Source: Candidatus Bathyarchaeota archaeon (GTDB lineage Archaea > Thermoproteota > Bathyarchaeia > TCS64). Taken from it: DNA of 64,000 nucleotides. A program made the position numbers and the translations under genes. Position 1 is the first letter of the stretch. Every line of letters starts with the position of its first letter. Of this stretch, positions 19,827-30,139 are shown one piece after another. The DNA lies in NCBI GenBank assembly GCA_963771885.1, contig CAVYVF010000002.1, forward strand, positions 416,001 to 480,000, written 5' to 3'. Under the pieces are notes generated by a model that ran no database searches, was not told the DNA's origin, and was given only the letters and a program-made list of their open reading frames with translations.

Positions 19827-20216
19827 CTACTTTACGATTGCCTTGAGCTTCTCGGCGATCTCGGCGACGAGCTTTTCCGAGTCACCCGTCTCCTCGATGG
19901 CGGCGGCCGCGCTGCCCACCGTGAGTCCGAGAGCCTCGCCGATGCGCTGCTTCTCGGGAACGTAGACGTACGCTGCCTTCCTCTCATCGCAGAGGAGTGG
20001 GAGATGTGCAACCACCTCAGGGGGTGAGACGTCCTCGGCTATGAGGACGAGTTTCGCTTTGCCCCTCTCGATCGTCTTGGTCGTCTCGTTCGTACCCTTC
20101 CGGATCTTACCCGTCTCGCGGGCGACCTTCAGAGCCTCGTAGGCGGCCTCGACTACTTCCTTGGGGACTTCGAACTTTACGTAGAATGGTTTCTTCGAAG
20201 GATCGGACACAGTCAT
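19827..20216 (-). CDS. rpl7ae: 50S ribosomal protein L7Ae
   Basis: [27 protein letters not shown]. Confidence 0.96.
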   Translation of the reverse strand: MTVSDPSKKPFYVKFEVPKEVVEAAYEALKVARETGKIRKGTNETTKTIERGKAKLVLIAEDVSPPEVVAHLPLLCDERKAAYVYVPEKQRIGEALGLTVGSAAAAIEETGDSEKLVAEIAEKLKAIVK

Positions 20217-20279
20217 TTCCTCCAGTTGTGCATACTAGCCACCGACCCTTTGTTTTTAAACGTTATGTAAAGGGTGGGG

Positions 20280-22006
20280 CTAGTCGTGGGCGTAGTAGAG
20301 CCTGAGAGGATCCTTGGAGTCGACGCGTACAAAGCCGAAACGCTCGAACTGAAGCATATCGTCCACCTTTAAGCCTGAGACGAGGCTCTCAGCTCTACCG
20401 GAGGCTATTGACGCGTCTGCCATAACAACCTCAGTGGGAATGGACTTGTCATCGGTGACCCAATGGATGAAGGGCATCCCCTTCTCTCTCGCTACCTGGT
20501 GCTCCTTTGAGTGGTATTTCGCCTCGGCGATCTTTCCCACCTTGGTCACCTCGACGTTGACGAGTCCCATGAGACGAATAAGCTTCCCTTTAGCCTCTAC
20601 GAGGTCCTTCGAGGGTAGGAGGAACGTGCACACACCCTTCTCGGACTCGATAGTGTACTCCCTGTGGCCTTTCTCGGGGTGGTCGGGGTGTAAGGGCAGT
20701 TTCGCGTGCAGCGCCTCCTTGACGCCCTTTACCATCAAGCTCCACCGGGTCCCTGACGAAGAAGTACCTGTTCGAGTGCGGGTCTATAATCTTCTTGTTC
20801 GCGGCGGCGAAGTTGCCCCAGCTAATCGTGACGTTGATTGGCTTTGGGCCGACCTGTACCATTATCTCGCGGATGGTCTCAGGTTGGATTCCACGGCGCT
20901 TGAGGGCACGTAGGGTACCGAGCCTCGGGTCATCCCAGCCAGTAAACGAGCCAGCGTCCACGCCAGCCCTGATCTTTGACTTGCTGAGGATGCCCGCCTC
21001 CAATCCGAGACGTCCCACGTTGATGACCTCGGGGAACTGCCAGCCGAAGTGGTCGTAAAGATACTTCTGGCGAGCGCTGTTCACCTCGTGTTCCTTACCC
21101 CTGATGACATGGCTGACTCCCATGAGGTGGTCGTCAACAGCGCAGCTGAAGTTGTAGAGAGGCCAGACGCGGTATTGCTTCTTTTGTATTGGGTGTGATC
21201 GCGTGCTTATTCTGAGGGCGGGCCAGTCGCGTATGGCGGGGTTCGGGTGAGCGATATCAGTCTTAATTCTCACCACCGCCTCGCCGCGCTTGAAGCTGCC
21301 ATCCAGCATCATTCTCCAACGCCTCAGATGCTCCTCAGGGGGCAAGTTCCCTGCAGAGGCACGGCTCCTTGGCCATGTAGAGCCTTTTGTACTCCTCCGA
21401 CTCACAGGTGCAGACGTACGCCTGCCCCATCGAGAGAATCTTCTCCGCCCATTCGTAGTAAATGGGGAGCCGCTCAGATTGGACGTACTTCTCATCCACT
21501 TTGACGCCGAGCCACACGAGATCCTCGGGTATCCACTGGTACATCTGCGGGATCGGCGGTTTCACGTCGGCGCTCGTGTCCTCGAAGCGGAGTATGAAGT
21601 GGCCTTTGTACATCTTGGCGTACTCGTCGCTGAAGATTATCGACTCGGCGCTGCCGAGGTGGAGAGGGCCGTCCGGGTTGGGGGCGAACCGGACCTTGAC
21701 CATGGGCCACTTGTCCACGTTCTTGAGCGGCGGCATTGTCTTCCTCTCCTCCGGCTTCTTCGCCTCGAAGAGCTCGGGCCACTGCTTGACGGTTTCCATG
21801 ATTTTCTCTAGAGGCCAGGAGTTGACGTCGGCGACGACGCCCATGATGAGGCGCTGGACGTCCTTAGCGTTTGTCTTCGCGTCGGGGTACTCTGCGAAGA
21901 TGCGACCCATAACGGAGCCTGGATTAGCCTTACCCCCGTACTGAGAGGCGTTGAATACGGCATACTTGATCGCGGATGCCTTGATCTTATCGAGATCGAG
22001 TCCCAA
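20280..22006 (-). CDS. gltX: Glutamyl-tRNA synthetase (two apparent frameshifts, ~21350 and ~20739)
   Basis: RFAPNPDGPLHLGS, LRFEDT, YVCTC, WPLYNF, HVIRGKEH, LSKS, WDDPRLGTL, QFERFGF across three overlapping ORFs. Confidence 0.93.
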
Positions 22007-22067
22007 AGGAGACCACTACGCAGCAATAGGCTGGCGGAAAACACTTATCCTTTTCCTAAATGGAAGT

Positions 22068-23072
22068 TCAGTACTTGCGCGCCGTGAAGTAGTCGACGAG
22101 GGCGAACAGGTCTTTTTTCGCTTGCGTGTCTGGGAGGGCGTCAAACCTCCTCTTCGCTGAGGCGATGTACTTATCCCCCTTCTTGAGTGCGTAGTCGAGG
22201 GAGCCAATATTGACCATGATCTTGTTGACCTCGGCTATCTCCGTAGGTGTCGCCTCGTGATTCCCGAGTACGCCGAGTATCTTCTCCCTCTGCTTCGGCT
22301 TCGCCTTACGTAGGGCGTGTATCATGATGAGGGTCTTCTTTCCTTCCCTGATGTCGCTGCCGATTGGCTTGCCGAGTGTCTTCTCGTCCGCCGACGCGCC
22401 GAGGTAATCGTCCATAATCTGGAAGGCTATGCCCGCCTCGTATGCGAACTTGCCGAGGGCATTTACCTGCCGCGTCTTCCCTCCACCGACGATGGCGCCG
22501 ACCTCGGCGCAGGCGCGGAATAGGGCACTCGTTTTACCCCCGACCATCGCGACGTAGTCCTCTTCTGACACATCGACGGTATTCGGGAAGGAGACGTCGA
22601 GTACCTGTCCCTCGCAGACCTCTATTGTTGCCTCTGTCGCCTTCTCTATGCACATCTTTACCCGCCTAGGGTTGAGGCTGGCGGGGGCATACACAGTCAT
22701 CGCCTCGAAGACCTTGGCGAAGAGGAGGTCACCTGCGCAGATCGCCATCGGTATCCCCCATCTAGTGTGGACTGTAGGTGCGCCGCGACGGACTGGATCG
22801 TTATCCATCACGTCGTCGTGGACGAGTGTGAAATTGTGAAGCAACTCGAAAGCGGCGGCGAACGGAATCGCATCTGCAGGGTTCCCACCGACCGCCTCGC
22901 ATGCCTTTAACGTTAGGAAGGGTCTCAGCCGCTTACCGCCGGCGAGTAAAAGGTGCCGCGACGCCTCATAGAGGATCTCGGGCCTCCGGGGCGTCAAGAT
23001 CTCGTCGATGAAAACGTCCACCGGTTTGGTGCTCTCGACGAGTTTTCTCTTTATCGCGTCGCCGCTCGACAT
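22068..23072 (-). CDS. idsA: Geranylgeranyl diphosphate synthase
   Basis: GGKRLRP, HDDVMDND, FQIMDDYL, GSDIREGKKT. Confidence 0.92.
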   Translation of the reverse strand: MSSGDAIKRKLVESTKPVDVFIDEILTPRRPEILYEASRHLLLAGGKRLRPFLTLKACEAVGGNPADAIPFAAAFELLHNFTLVHDDVMDNDPVRRGAPTVHTRWGIPMAICAGDLLFAKVFEAMTVYAPASLNPRRVKMCIEKATEATIEVCEGQVLDVSFPNTVDVSEEDYVAMVGGKTSALFRACAEVGAIVGGGKTRQVNALGKFAYEAGIAFQIMDDYLGASADEKTLGKPIGSDIREGKKTLIMIHALRKAKPKQREKILGVLGNHEATPTEIAEVNKIMVNIGSLDYALKKGDKYIASAKRRFDALPDTQAKKDLFALVDYFTARKY

Positions 23073-23115
23073 GGCAACCAGTGGTTAGCAACCCGCGTCA
23101 GAGATAAAAGCTGTC

Positions 23116-24207
23116 CTACCTTCCACGCGTCGCATATGCGGCGGGGTCGAAACCCCTCACACGTAACCACTCAGCTGTCCAGCCGGTGACGACGACGGGA
23201 ACGCCCCGCATCTCAGCGACGCTTCGAGCACCCATGAGGAACATACTGATACGCATCTCTTCGATGATGGTCTTTATGTGCTTCTCGAGGACCTCCTCAC
23301 CCTCGACAGCCTTCTGGAGGAAGGGCTTAGCTATCCCAACTGCTTCCGCGCCGAGGGCGAGCACCTTTGCTACGTCAAGCCCCGTGCGTAACCCTCCGGA
23401 GGCGATTATCTTCCCCTTGGAAGCTGCCCTGACCTCGACTAAACTGCACGTGGTGGGTATGCCCCAGTTCCAAAGAGCTTTACCGAGGTACTCCATCTTG
23501 TCATCTCCGACCTCGCGGGCGATATGGTGCTCGACCGCAGCCCAACTTGTACCACCGAGACCGCTTATCTCGAAACCCGCGACGCCTGCTGCCTCGAGCC
23601 TGCGCGCGTCCTCGTACGAGATACCTGCACCGGTCTCCTTCATGACTATCGGGACACCGAGCTCAGCGGTAAGAGCCTTAACTTTATCGACTATGCCTTT
23701 GAAGTTAGTGTCTCCGTCTACCTGGATGGCTTCCTGGAGGGGGTTCATATGTATTGCGAGTGCGTCTGCGTCAATCATCTTAACGGCCTTTCTCGCCTCC
23801 TTGATGCCCCAACCTAGGCTTAGTTGTGGGCAGCCGATGTTGGCGATTACGAGAGCGTGAGGCGCGGATTCGCGGACGATCCTGAAAGTCCGCTCTACTT
23901 CAGGTTGTTGAATTGCGATCCTCTGGCTCCCGACACCTATGCCTACGCCCAACTTCTCAGCGATCGTGGCAAGGGTCCTGTTGATCTTCTCAGCTTCCTC
24001 GGTTCCGCCCGTTATTGCAGAGATTATGAGTGGCGCGCTGAGGCTCTTGCCGAATAGCTCAATTCCAGTGTCAACGTCTTTGAGGTCGATCTCGGGTACT
24101 GCCCTATGTACGAGGTTCACGTCCTCTAATCCCGTCGGCACGTCTGAGTTCACCTTCTCCTCGAGGCTTACCCTGATGTGTCTCTGCTTTCTCTTCGTGA
24201 TGCTCAT
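23116..24207 (-). CDS. fni: Type 2 isopentenyl-diphosphate delta-isomerase
   Basis: ISAITGG, GVGSQR, HMNPLQE, KETGAG, GGTSW. Confidence 0.95.
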   Translation of the reverse strand: MSITKRKQRHIRVSLEEKVNSDVPTGLEDVNLVHRAVPEIDLKDVDTGIELFGKSLSAPLIISAITGGTEEAEKINRTLATIAEKLGVGIGVGSQRIAIQQPEVERTFRIVRESAPHALVIANIGCPQLSLGWGIKEARKAVKMIDADALAIHMNPLQEAIQVDGDTNFKGIVDKVKALTAELGVPIVMKETGAGISYEDARRLEAAGVAGFEISGLGGTSWAAVEHHIAREVGDDKMEYLGKALWNWGIPTTCSLVEVRAASKGKIIASGGLRTGLDVAKVLALGAEAVGIAKPFLQKAVEGEEVLEKHIKTIIEEMRISMFLMGARSVAEMRGVPVVVTGWTAEWLRVRGFDPAAYATRGR

Positions 24208-24211
24208 TTAT

Positions 24212-24991
24212 TCATCTCCTCAGCCACGTGCAGGGTACCTTCTCCCCACGCAGTGCAGCGTTAACGATCCCCAGCTTGAGGGCGTTAACTAGTTGGACTG
24301 AGACGCCCGCCTCGACGGCGGCGCCGGCTTCGCCTATTTTACCAAGCATTCCGCCGGTCACGTCGGTCGAAAGAGCTTCTCCTATTCGTATCATACCTTT
24401 CATCTGGCTCAGGGAGAGCTCCTCGATTAGCTTTGCCTCTTTTACTAGCTTGGGATTCGCGGTGAAGACGCCGTCGACATCGACACCGAAGAGCAGTTTG
24501 GACGCGCCTAGTTCCGTCGAGAGGCGCACAGCAAGCTGATCGCCTGATAGTATCGTGAACCTCCTCGCGGAGTCGAGCACAGCGTCCCCGTAGAGGACGG
24601 GCACCATGTTCGACTCGAGGGCTCGTGTGACGAGTGAAAGGTTCACGTCAATAATGCGGCGATCCTCGGTGACTATGAATGAGGAGGGTGCGACCGACAT
24701 AGCGGGTATGCCCGCTTCTAGTAGTGCCTCGACAATCAGAGCATTGAGCTCGACCATCGCCTGATGGGTAAACGAGAAGCCCGTAAGTTGTCGTGGATAT
24801 TTGTAGCCGTCGACGATCTCGTACTCCTTCGCGAGAGGATGACCGTAGGAGCCGCCGCCGTGGACTATGATTAACTGCCTCGGTCCGGCGGTCGCGATCT
24901 CTGAGGCGAGCCTCCTGATCGCCTCTTTATTCGCTGCCTTTGGGAGATCTTTGTGTGTGACAACCGAGCCGCCGAGTTTAAGGACTTCCAT
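24212..24991 (-). CDS. ipk: Isopentenyl phosphate kinase
   Basis: LKLGGSVVTHK, HGGGSYGH, SGD, DVTGGM; lies between mvk and fni. Confidence 0.92.
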   Translation of the reverse strand: MEVLKLGGSVVTHKDLPKAANKEAIRRLASEIATAGPRQLIIVHGGGSYGHPLAKEYEIVDGYKYPRQLTGFSFTHQAMVELNALIVEALLEAGIPAMSVAPSSFIVTEDRRIIDVNLSLVTRALESNMVPVLYGDAVLDSARRFTILSGDQLAVRLSTELGASKLLFGVDVDGVFTANPKLVKEAKLIEELSLSQMKGMIRIGEALSTDVTGGMLGKIGEAGAAVEAGVSVQLVNALKLGIVNAALRGEKVPCTWLRR

Positions 24992-25973
24992 CTTCGATCT
25001 TCCTCGTCTTCACTCCCTCGTCTGTAAGGTTCACTCTCATTGATTGACCCCGGGCAGCGCGTATCCCCTTCTCCACTTTACCGAGGTTCTCTGCGTCAGC
25101 CAGTGCTATCATGCAGCCTCCACCGCCCGCACCGGTGAGTTTAGCACCGAGCGCCCCCTCCTGTCTGGCAACGTAGATGAGGTCGTCGAGTTCAATCGTC
25201 GATACGCCTATGGCTGAGAGGAGCCCCTGGTTGAGGTTCATTAGGTCGCCTAGCTTTCCCACATCCCTGCGGAGCAGGGCGTCAAGGCCTACCTGTGAGA
25301 GGCTTGCCATCGTGTATATGATGGGGTCGACGATCTCAGGATTCCTGTCCTTGAGTGCCTTGACGTTTTCGACCATGTTACGGGTCGACCGCTTTTTCCG
25401 CGTATTCCCAATGATGAACGGGAGAGGCTCGTCTAGTTGTAGTCTTTTTAGACCTACTCCTCTCTCGAAGCGCATGATGCCCCCGTAGGTTGCGACACTG
25501 TTATCAGCGCCGCTCGGGTTGCCGTGTATTACCTTCTCACCCTCGAAGCTTAGCTCCGAGATCTTCTCCTTCGTGAGGTTGCCGTCGAATAGCTCGCCGA
25601 TGGCGGCGGTCGTGGCGACGCAGACGGCGGCAGATGAGCCGAGGCCGACGGCGATGGGTATCATGCTCCTGACCTTGAGGTTGACTCCCGAGTCTACGCC
25701 GAGGTGCTTCATGACGTTCCTCGCCGCGACCTCCAAAGCGGACATGTTCCTGCCTCTCCAAGCTTTACCAGTGACGGCGGTGTAATTTCCTTCATCGAAG
25801 AAGCCGCTGAATCCGAGGTCCTCGGAGTCTATGTAGATCTTCTTGTCATCGCGGCGGGAGGCGGTTACTGTAGCCCTACGGTCTACGGCTAGGAGTATGG
25901 CGGGTCCCTTGTAGACGACGCTGTGTTCTCCGAATAGTATTATTTTGCCTGGGGCGGTTGCCTCTGCGATCAT
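24978..25973 (-). CDS. mvk: Mevalonate kinase
   Basis: APGKIILFGEHSVVY, GLGSSAA, HGNPSGAD, KLTGAGGGG. Confidence 0.94.
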   Translation of the reverse strand: MIAEATAPGKIILFGEHSVVYKGPAILLAVDRRATVTASRRDDKKIYIDSEDLGFSGFFDEGNYTAVTGKAWRGRNMSALEVAARNVMKHLGVDSGVNLKVRSMIPIAVGLGSSAAVCVATTAAIGELFDGNLTKEKISELSFEGEKVIHGNPSGADNSVATYGGIMRFERGVGLKRLQLDEPLPFIIGNTRKKRSTRNMVENVKALKDRNPEIVDPIIYTMASLSQVGLDALLRRDVGKLGDLMNLNQGLLSAIGVSTIELDDLIYVARQEGALGAKLTGAGGGGCMIALADAENLGKVEKGIRAARGQSMRVNLTDEGVKTRKIEDGSP

Positions 25974-26828
25974 CTAGAGCACCGTTCGGGTGAGCTTCGC
26001 AGAGGCGTATCCGACTACCGCCCCCCGGTCACCCGTTATATCCCCACTCGTATGATATGATAAGATTTCTGCCCTGTCGGCTCTGAGGAGCTTGGAGGCG
26101 ACTATTGTGGCGGAGACCGGGCCGTAGCCGCACATCGTGATTCGATTCTTAGCGACAGCGTTTTGAACGCCTGCTTCGTCGAGCTTCTCAACAGAGTCGA
26201 GGACGAGACGATCCTTCCTCGCTGCCGACTCTTGTGGTTCCTGATGAGTCATATCCGTCGAGGCGATTACGATGACGTTCCTGCCCTTCGCAGCCTCGGC
26301 TACCGCCTCACCGACGTTCCTGCTCGTCTCGAGGTCCTGTAACCCCATGCAGATGGGGACGATGCTGATCGATGAGCCGTAGATGAACTGGAGGAATGGC
26401 AGCTGGACCTCTATTGAGTGCTCGTACTGGTGAGCAGACTCGTCGAGGTCGATCATGCCGGAGGCACGAAAGATGGCTTCCGATAACTCTATGTCTATCT
26501 TAACCTTGCCGAGAGGGGTTTCCCATGCGCCTTCACCCATGAGAGAGACTGCACTGCCTAGCCCCGTGTGGTTCGGACAGAGGATCACTGCTGTATCCGG
26601 CGCCTTTTGTTCTGAGAGGGCTAGGTAACCGTGGGCTGCAACGTGTCCGCTGTAGACGTAGCCGGCGTGGGGGGAGACGATGGCTGTGATGGTCCGGGGT
26701 TTATCACCCTTCACCGGCAGCCTGCCTGGGCCGAGCTCGTGTTTGAATGAGTTTTCAATTTCACGCCTGAGGCGCTGCGGTTCGCGGGGGTAGAAGCTCC
26801 CCGCGACGTAGGGGCGCCTCACCGACAA
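25974..26828 (-). CDS. MEMO1-family protein (AmmeMemoRadiSam protein B)
   Basis: AGSFYP, PHAGYVYSG, EHSIEVQLPFLQ, STDMTH, MCGYGP, VVGYAS. Confidence 0.92.
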   Translation of the reverse strand: MSVRRPYVAGSFYPREPQRLRREIENSFKHELGPGRLPVKGDKPRTITAIVSPHAGYVYSGHVAAHGYLALSEQKAPDTAVILCPNHTGLGSAVSLMGEGAWETPLGKVKIDIELSEAIFRASGMIDLDESAHQYEHSIEVQLPFLQFIYGSSISIVPICMGLQDLETSRNVGEAVAEAAKGRNVIVIASTDMTHQEPQESAARKDRLVLDSVEKLDEAGVQNAVAKNRITMCGYGPVSATIVASKLLRADRAEILSYHTSGDITGDRGAVVGYASAKLTRTVL

Positions 26829-26839
26829 CTTAGAACCTC

Positions 26840-27466
26840 CTAACTAGTCTCGAAGTCGTCGATGCTATATCTCATCTCGCCGCTGGCGGGGAGCTCATTG
26901 TGCTCCTTGAGTATCTCACGTGCAATGAGCCAGAAGGCGATCGCGAGCGCGCGGCGACCCTTGTTGTTCATCGGAATGACGAGGTCGACGTTGCTTTTGC
27001 TGTTGTCGGTGCTTGCTAGGGCGATTACGGGGACGCCGTTCTGGGCTGCCTCGATTACGATCTGGTCGTCGGCGAGGCTGTCAGTCACTATGACTGCGGA
27101 GGGCTCGAAGAATCCTGCATATGCTGGGTTCGTGAAGGTGCCTGATGTGAATCTGCCCGTGATGGACTTGCAGCCGACGGTCTCGCAGAACATCTCGACG
27201 GGGCTCCTGCCGTACCTCTTGCTCGAGGCGACGACTACCTTGCTGAGGTTCATGCGGCTGAGGAACTTCGCGGCTACCTTAATCCGCTCGTTCATCTGCT
27301 CCATGTCGAGGACGTAGAGTCCGTCTGGGCGGACCTTGTAGATGAATGGCTCCATGTCCTTTGTTTTTACGCGAGTGCCGATGTGGACGCCCGCGGATAG
27401 TAGGACCTCCTGCGGTAGCAGTAGGTTCTCGTTGATCGGCTGCTGTGCCTCATTCTCCGGCTCCAA
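26840..27466 (-). CDS. rps2: 30S ribosomal protein S2
   Basis: AGVHIGT, GRFTSGTFTNP, IPMNNKGR. Confidence 0.95.
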   Translation of the reverse strand: MEPENEAQQPINENLLLPQEVLLSAGVHIGTRVKTKDMEPFIYKVRPDGLYVLDMEQMNERIKVAAKFLSRMNLSKVVVASSKRYGRSPVEMFCETVGCKSITGRFTSGTFTNPAYAGFFEPSAVIVTDSLADDQIVIEAAQNGVPVIALASTDNSKSNVDLVIPMNNKGRRALAIAFWLIAREILKEHNELPASGEMRYSIDDFETS

Positions 27467-27694
27467 CTAGTTTCCTCCCTTTACCTCTAGACTCTTCTGT
27501 CCTTCGTGGAACTTGATCACGTCGTCTATGATCTCGACGTGGGAGAGGATCATGCGGCGGCAGCAGTAACGCGTTACGCCGAGGTCGTCGAGGACTTTTC
27601 CAGGCTCCTCTCCTGCATCGACGCGCTTCTTGAACGGCTCCCACTTGTCGCCTACGACCTTCCCGCATGAGAAGCATCTCACGGGTATTATCAT
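27467..27694 (-). CDS. rpo10: DNA-directed RNA polymerase subunit N (Rpo10)
   Basis: [12 protein letters not shown]...RYCCRRM. Confidence 0.96.
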   Translation of the reverse strand: MIIPVRCFSCGKVVGDKWEPFKKRVDAGEEPGKVLDDLGVTRYCCRRMILSHVEIIDDVIKFHEGQKSLEVKGGN

Positions 27695-27767
27695 TTTTTC
27701 AGTCTCCTCTCCACGTCCCTGTGGCGATTCCACCTTGTCAACTATCAGGAGGAATAAAAATACTTCT

Positions 27768-28124
27768 CTATTTCGTTATCCGAGTATTTTTTGGCTTCTC
27801 TATTCCCGCCTTTTTGCGTAGTGTCTTTATGGTTCCACTGACGCGCTGGACGCGTATCGCGGTGGGGACTCCGGATACTTCGACTATCGAGGCGAGGGAG
27901 GCACGGAGGAATCTCTCCGTTTCGTGGGTGCAGCGGATTATCCCCGACTTCGCTGCCTCGTTATATTCAATTAGATTAGGGTCGATAAGTGAGAGTCCCT
28001 TCGAGCCGTAGAGGGTGAGTATGGAGTCGCGTATCGCCTCCCAGATCGCCTTCTCAACTATGGGGGATTCGATTGTGACACTGAAGAGCAGGTATCTGCG
28101 CCTCACGCTGCGTACGGGCATCAT
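27768..28124 (-). CDS. rnp2: RNase P protein Rpp14/Pop5
   Basis: RRRYLLF, GIIRC, VSGTIK. Confidence 0.88.
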   Translation of the reverse strand: MMPVRSVRRRYLLFSVTIESPIVEKAIWEAIRDSILTLYGSKGLSLIDPNLIEYNEAAKSGIIRCTHETERFLRASLASIVEVSGVPTAIRVQRVSGTIKTLRKKAGIEKPKNTRITK

Positions 28125-28762
28125 GGTTCCTCCTCGTGCTCTGCGTGGTTTCTGGCGAGAATTGCCTCGGGTATTGTAGAGAGCATGTCGGCGGCGTAGT
28201 CCTCGTCTATGTCGAGGAGGGTTGCGAGTGCAGTAAGCGCACGTGGCTCCCGCATCAGAATAGACGATGTTGCGCCACTTGATAGGACGACGGGTATGTT
28301 ATGACGGCTAGCGACTACTAGGTCTCTCTTGATGGTCGTTATGACCTTGGCGAGACGCATAGGGCTGGCTGCGAGCAATTCGGAGGCGTTGATCTCGTAT
28401 GCACGCCCTGCTCCGTCGAGAAGCTCCGCCTCGTGGTGGTCAAGCCAGTTCTGTCTCCGCTGCGTGGGGTCCTCGGGGAAGAGAAGTATGTCTACGCGTT
28501 CGTCCCTTGCAACGATGCGTGCAACCTCTTTTGAGAGGCACCTTACAGCGACGATGTTGTATTTTCGCCTGCTTTTTCTCAGGGCATCCTGTAGCTCTTT
28601 GCCACGCTTCGCCTCGATGTCAATCCGGGTCACGACCTTCAACCCCTCAGTGGACTGGGTCGATGCGACGTGGCTGTATCCCAGTTGGGTAGCTAGCTGC
28701 ACCATCTCAGGCGCCTGCTCAGGTGTCGACGGCTTGAGGTGAAGGTCGATGTAGTGCCTCAC
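28121..28762 (-). CDS. rnp3: RNase P protein Rpp30
   Basis: YIDLH, VDIL, VVLSSGA, MREP; adjacent to rnp2. Confidence 0.82.
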   Translation of the reverse strand: MRHYIDLHLKPSTPEQAPEMVQLATQLGYSHVASTQSTEGLKVVTRIDIEAKRGKELQDALRKSRRKYNIVAVRCLSKEVARIVARDERVDILLFPEDPTQRRQNWLDHHEAELLDGAGRAYEINASELLAASPMRLAKVITTIKRDLVVASRHNIPVVLSSGATSSILMREPRALTALATLLDIDEDYAADMLSTIPEAILARNHAEHEEEP

Positions 28763-29211
28763 TCCTCGCCTGCCTCCAAGTTAAGAATGAACTCGCGTAC
28801 GACGACGACGGGGTCCGCCTTGTGGGGTAGCTGGAACTTGAACTTGACCCTGATGGGGTCGTTCTCGGCTATTACGGCGCGTCCATGGTATGCCTTTTGC
28901 TTGTCAAGGCGAATGTAGAGGCTTCCCTGTTGGTCTATGTGGTTAGGTAAATTCTGCACCAGGGTCGATTTGTCGAGGCTGCTGAACTTGTCAAGTATGT
29001 TAGCGAGGAAATTGGTCGCCTCCTTTTTCTTCACCGTCTTGGCAGTGAGGAGGTTTATGGGGTCTTCGTAGTGCCCGGAGAGGCGCTGGAACTCGAACTC
29101 GGGCTCGAAGCGTGCTAACCTCTTGACCGCCTGTTTTACCTTTTCCTCGTCCTCCGTAGCGTGGGCAAAGACGCTTATTTCGACGGCCTTTACGAGTCTC
29201 TCCTCGGGCAA
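28759..29211 (-). CDS. RNA-binding protein, DUF54/UPF0201 family
   Basis: HATEDEEKV, GHYEDPI, LYIRLDKQKAY. Confidence 0.82.
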   Translation of the reverse strand: MPEERLVKAVEISVFAHATEDEEKVKQAVKRLARFEPEFEFQRLSGHYEDPINLLTAKTVKKKEATNFLANILDKFSSLDKSTLVQNLPNHIDQQGSLYIRLDKQKAYHGRAVIAENDPIRVKFKFQLPHKADPVVVVREFILNLEAGEE

Positions 29212-29309
29212 AGTGAAACCCTTTCGCTGTATTTGTCATTCGCAGGCTTATTATGGGTTCGCACACCTTGGCAACACTTAACTTCAGGGATGCGCCCACT
29301 CTGCCCGGA

Positions 29310-29385
29310 GCGGCCGTGGCTTAGCGGATAGAGCATGGGCCTTCGGAGCCTATGGTCGAGAGTTCGAATCTCTCCGGCCGCGCCA
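29310..29385 (+). tRNA. tRNA-Arg(TCG), CCA encoded
   Basis: GCGGCCG-TGGCTTAGCGGATAGAGCA-TGGGC-CTTCGGA-GCCTA-TGGTC-GAGAGTTCGAATCTCTC-CGGCCGC-GCCA. Confidence 0.95.
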
Positions 29386-29433
29386 TCCCTCAGCCTTTAT
29401 CCGTGAAGAAACCAAACAGGGTATAGGTGCATA

Positions 29434-30030
29434 TTGTTGGAGAAGACTATCCTGTACTGCGATTCGCCAGGAAATAACACCGAGCTCGTCCTAGCGGCAG
29501 CGAAGAAACGGGCGAAGGAACTGAAGATCAGGGATGTCGTTGTGGCGACTACCCATGGTGGGACGGCTATACGTGCAAAAGAGATCTTCGCCGACCCGAA
29601 GCTCAACCTCGTCGCGGTTGGGATCGCCGAGGGGTACAGGGAGAACGGATGGTGCTTCACCGAGGCAGAGAAGGCGAAGCTCGATAAGGTGGGTATTAAA
29701 CCGCTAGTCACGTCCCACGTGCTAGGGGACGGAGTCGCCAGCAGTTTCACCGAGAAGAGCGGCGGTAAGAGCATCGAGGAAGTTGTAAGGGACACACTCT
29801 ACCGCTTCGGGCAGGGAATGAAGGTCGCCGTCGAAATCACACTCATGGCGGCTGACGCTGGGCTGATACCGATGGACCGGGAGGTCATGGCGATCGCAGG
29901 AACGGCGGAGGGTACGGACACCTGCATAGTGGTGAAGCCTTCGTACCCGAGAAAGTTTTACGACCTAGAGATTAGGGAGATCGTGGCGAAGCCCCGAAAT
30001 CTGATGACGGGCACGGAGATAGCGGCTTAA
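29434..30030 (+). CDS. Pyruvate-kinase C-terminal-like domain protein (DUF1867-type)
   Basis: PGNNTE, VVATTHGGTA, FGQGMKVAVEI, MAADAG, EIVAKP. Confidence 0.75.
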   Translation: MLEKTILYCDSPGNNTELVLAAAKKRAKELKIRDVVVATTHGGTAIRAKEIFADPKLNLVAVGIAEGYRENGWCFTEAEKAKLDKVGIKPLVTSHVLGDGVASSFTEKSGGKSIEEVVRDTLYRFGQGMKVAVEITLMAADAGLIPMDREVMAIAGTAEGTDTCIVVKPSYPRKFYDLEIREIVAKPRNLMTGTEIAA

Positions 30031-30139
30031 ACTACCCTTTCGTAAGTAATAAACAGTTATTTGACATTTATCCGGGTTATGTATAGGAAAAGTGTCATTT
30101 CGTGGCCCCATTAGTTGGACCCGTCCCTCTTTTTTGGTG

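Noticed and set aside
22068..25973. mvk-ipk-fni-GGPPS cluster
   Set aside because: Standard archaeal isoprenoid superoperon; not novel.
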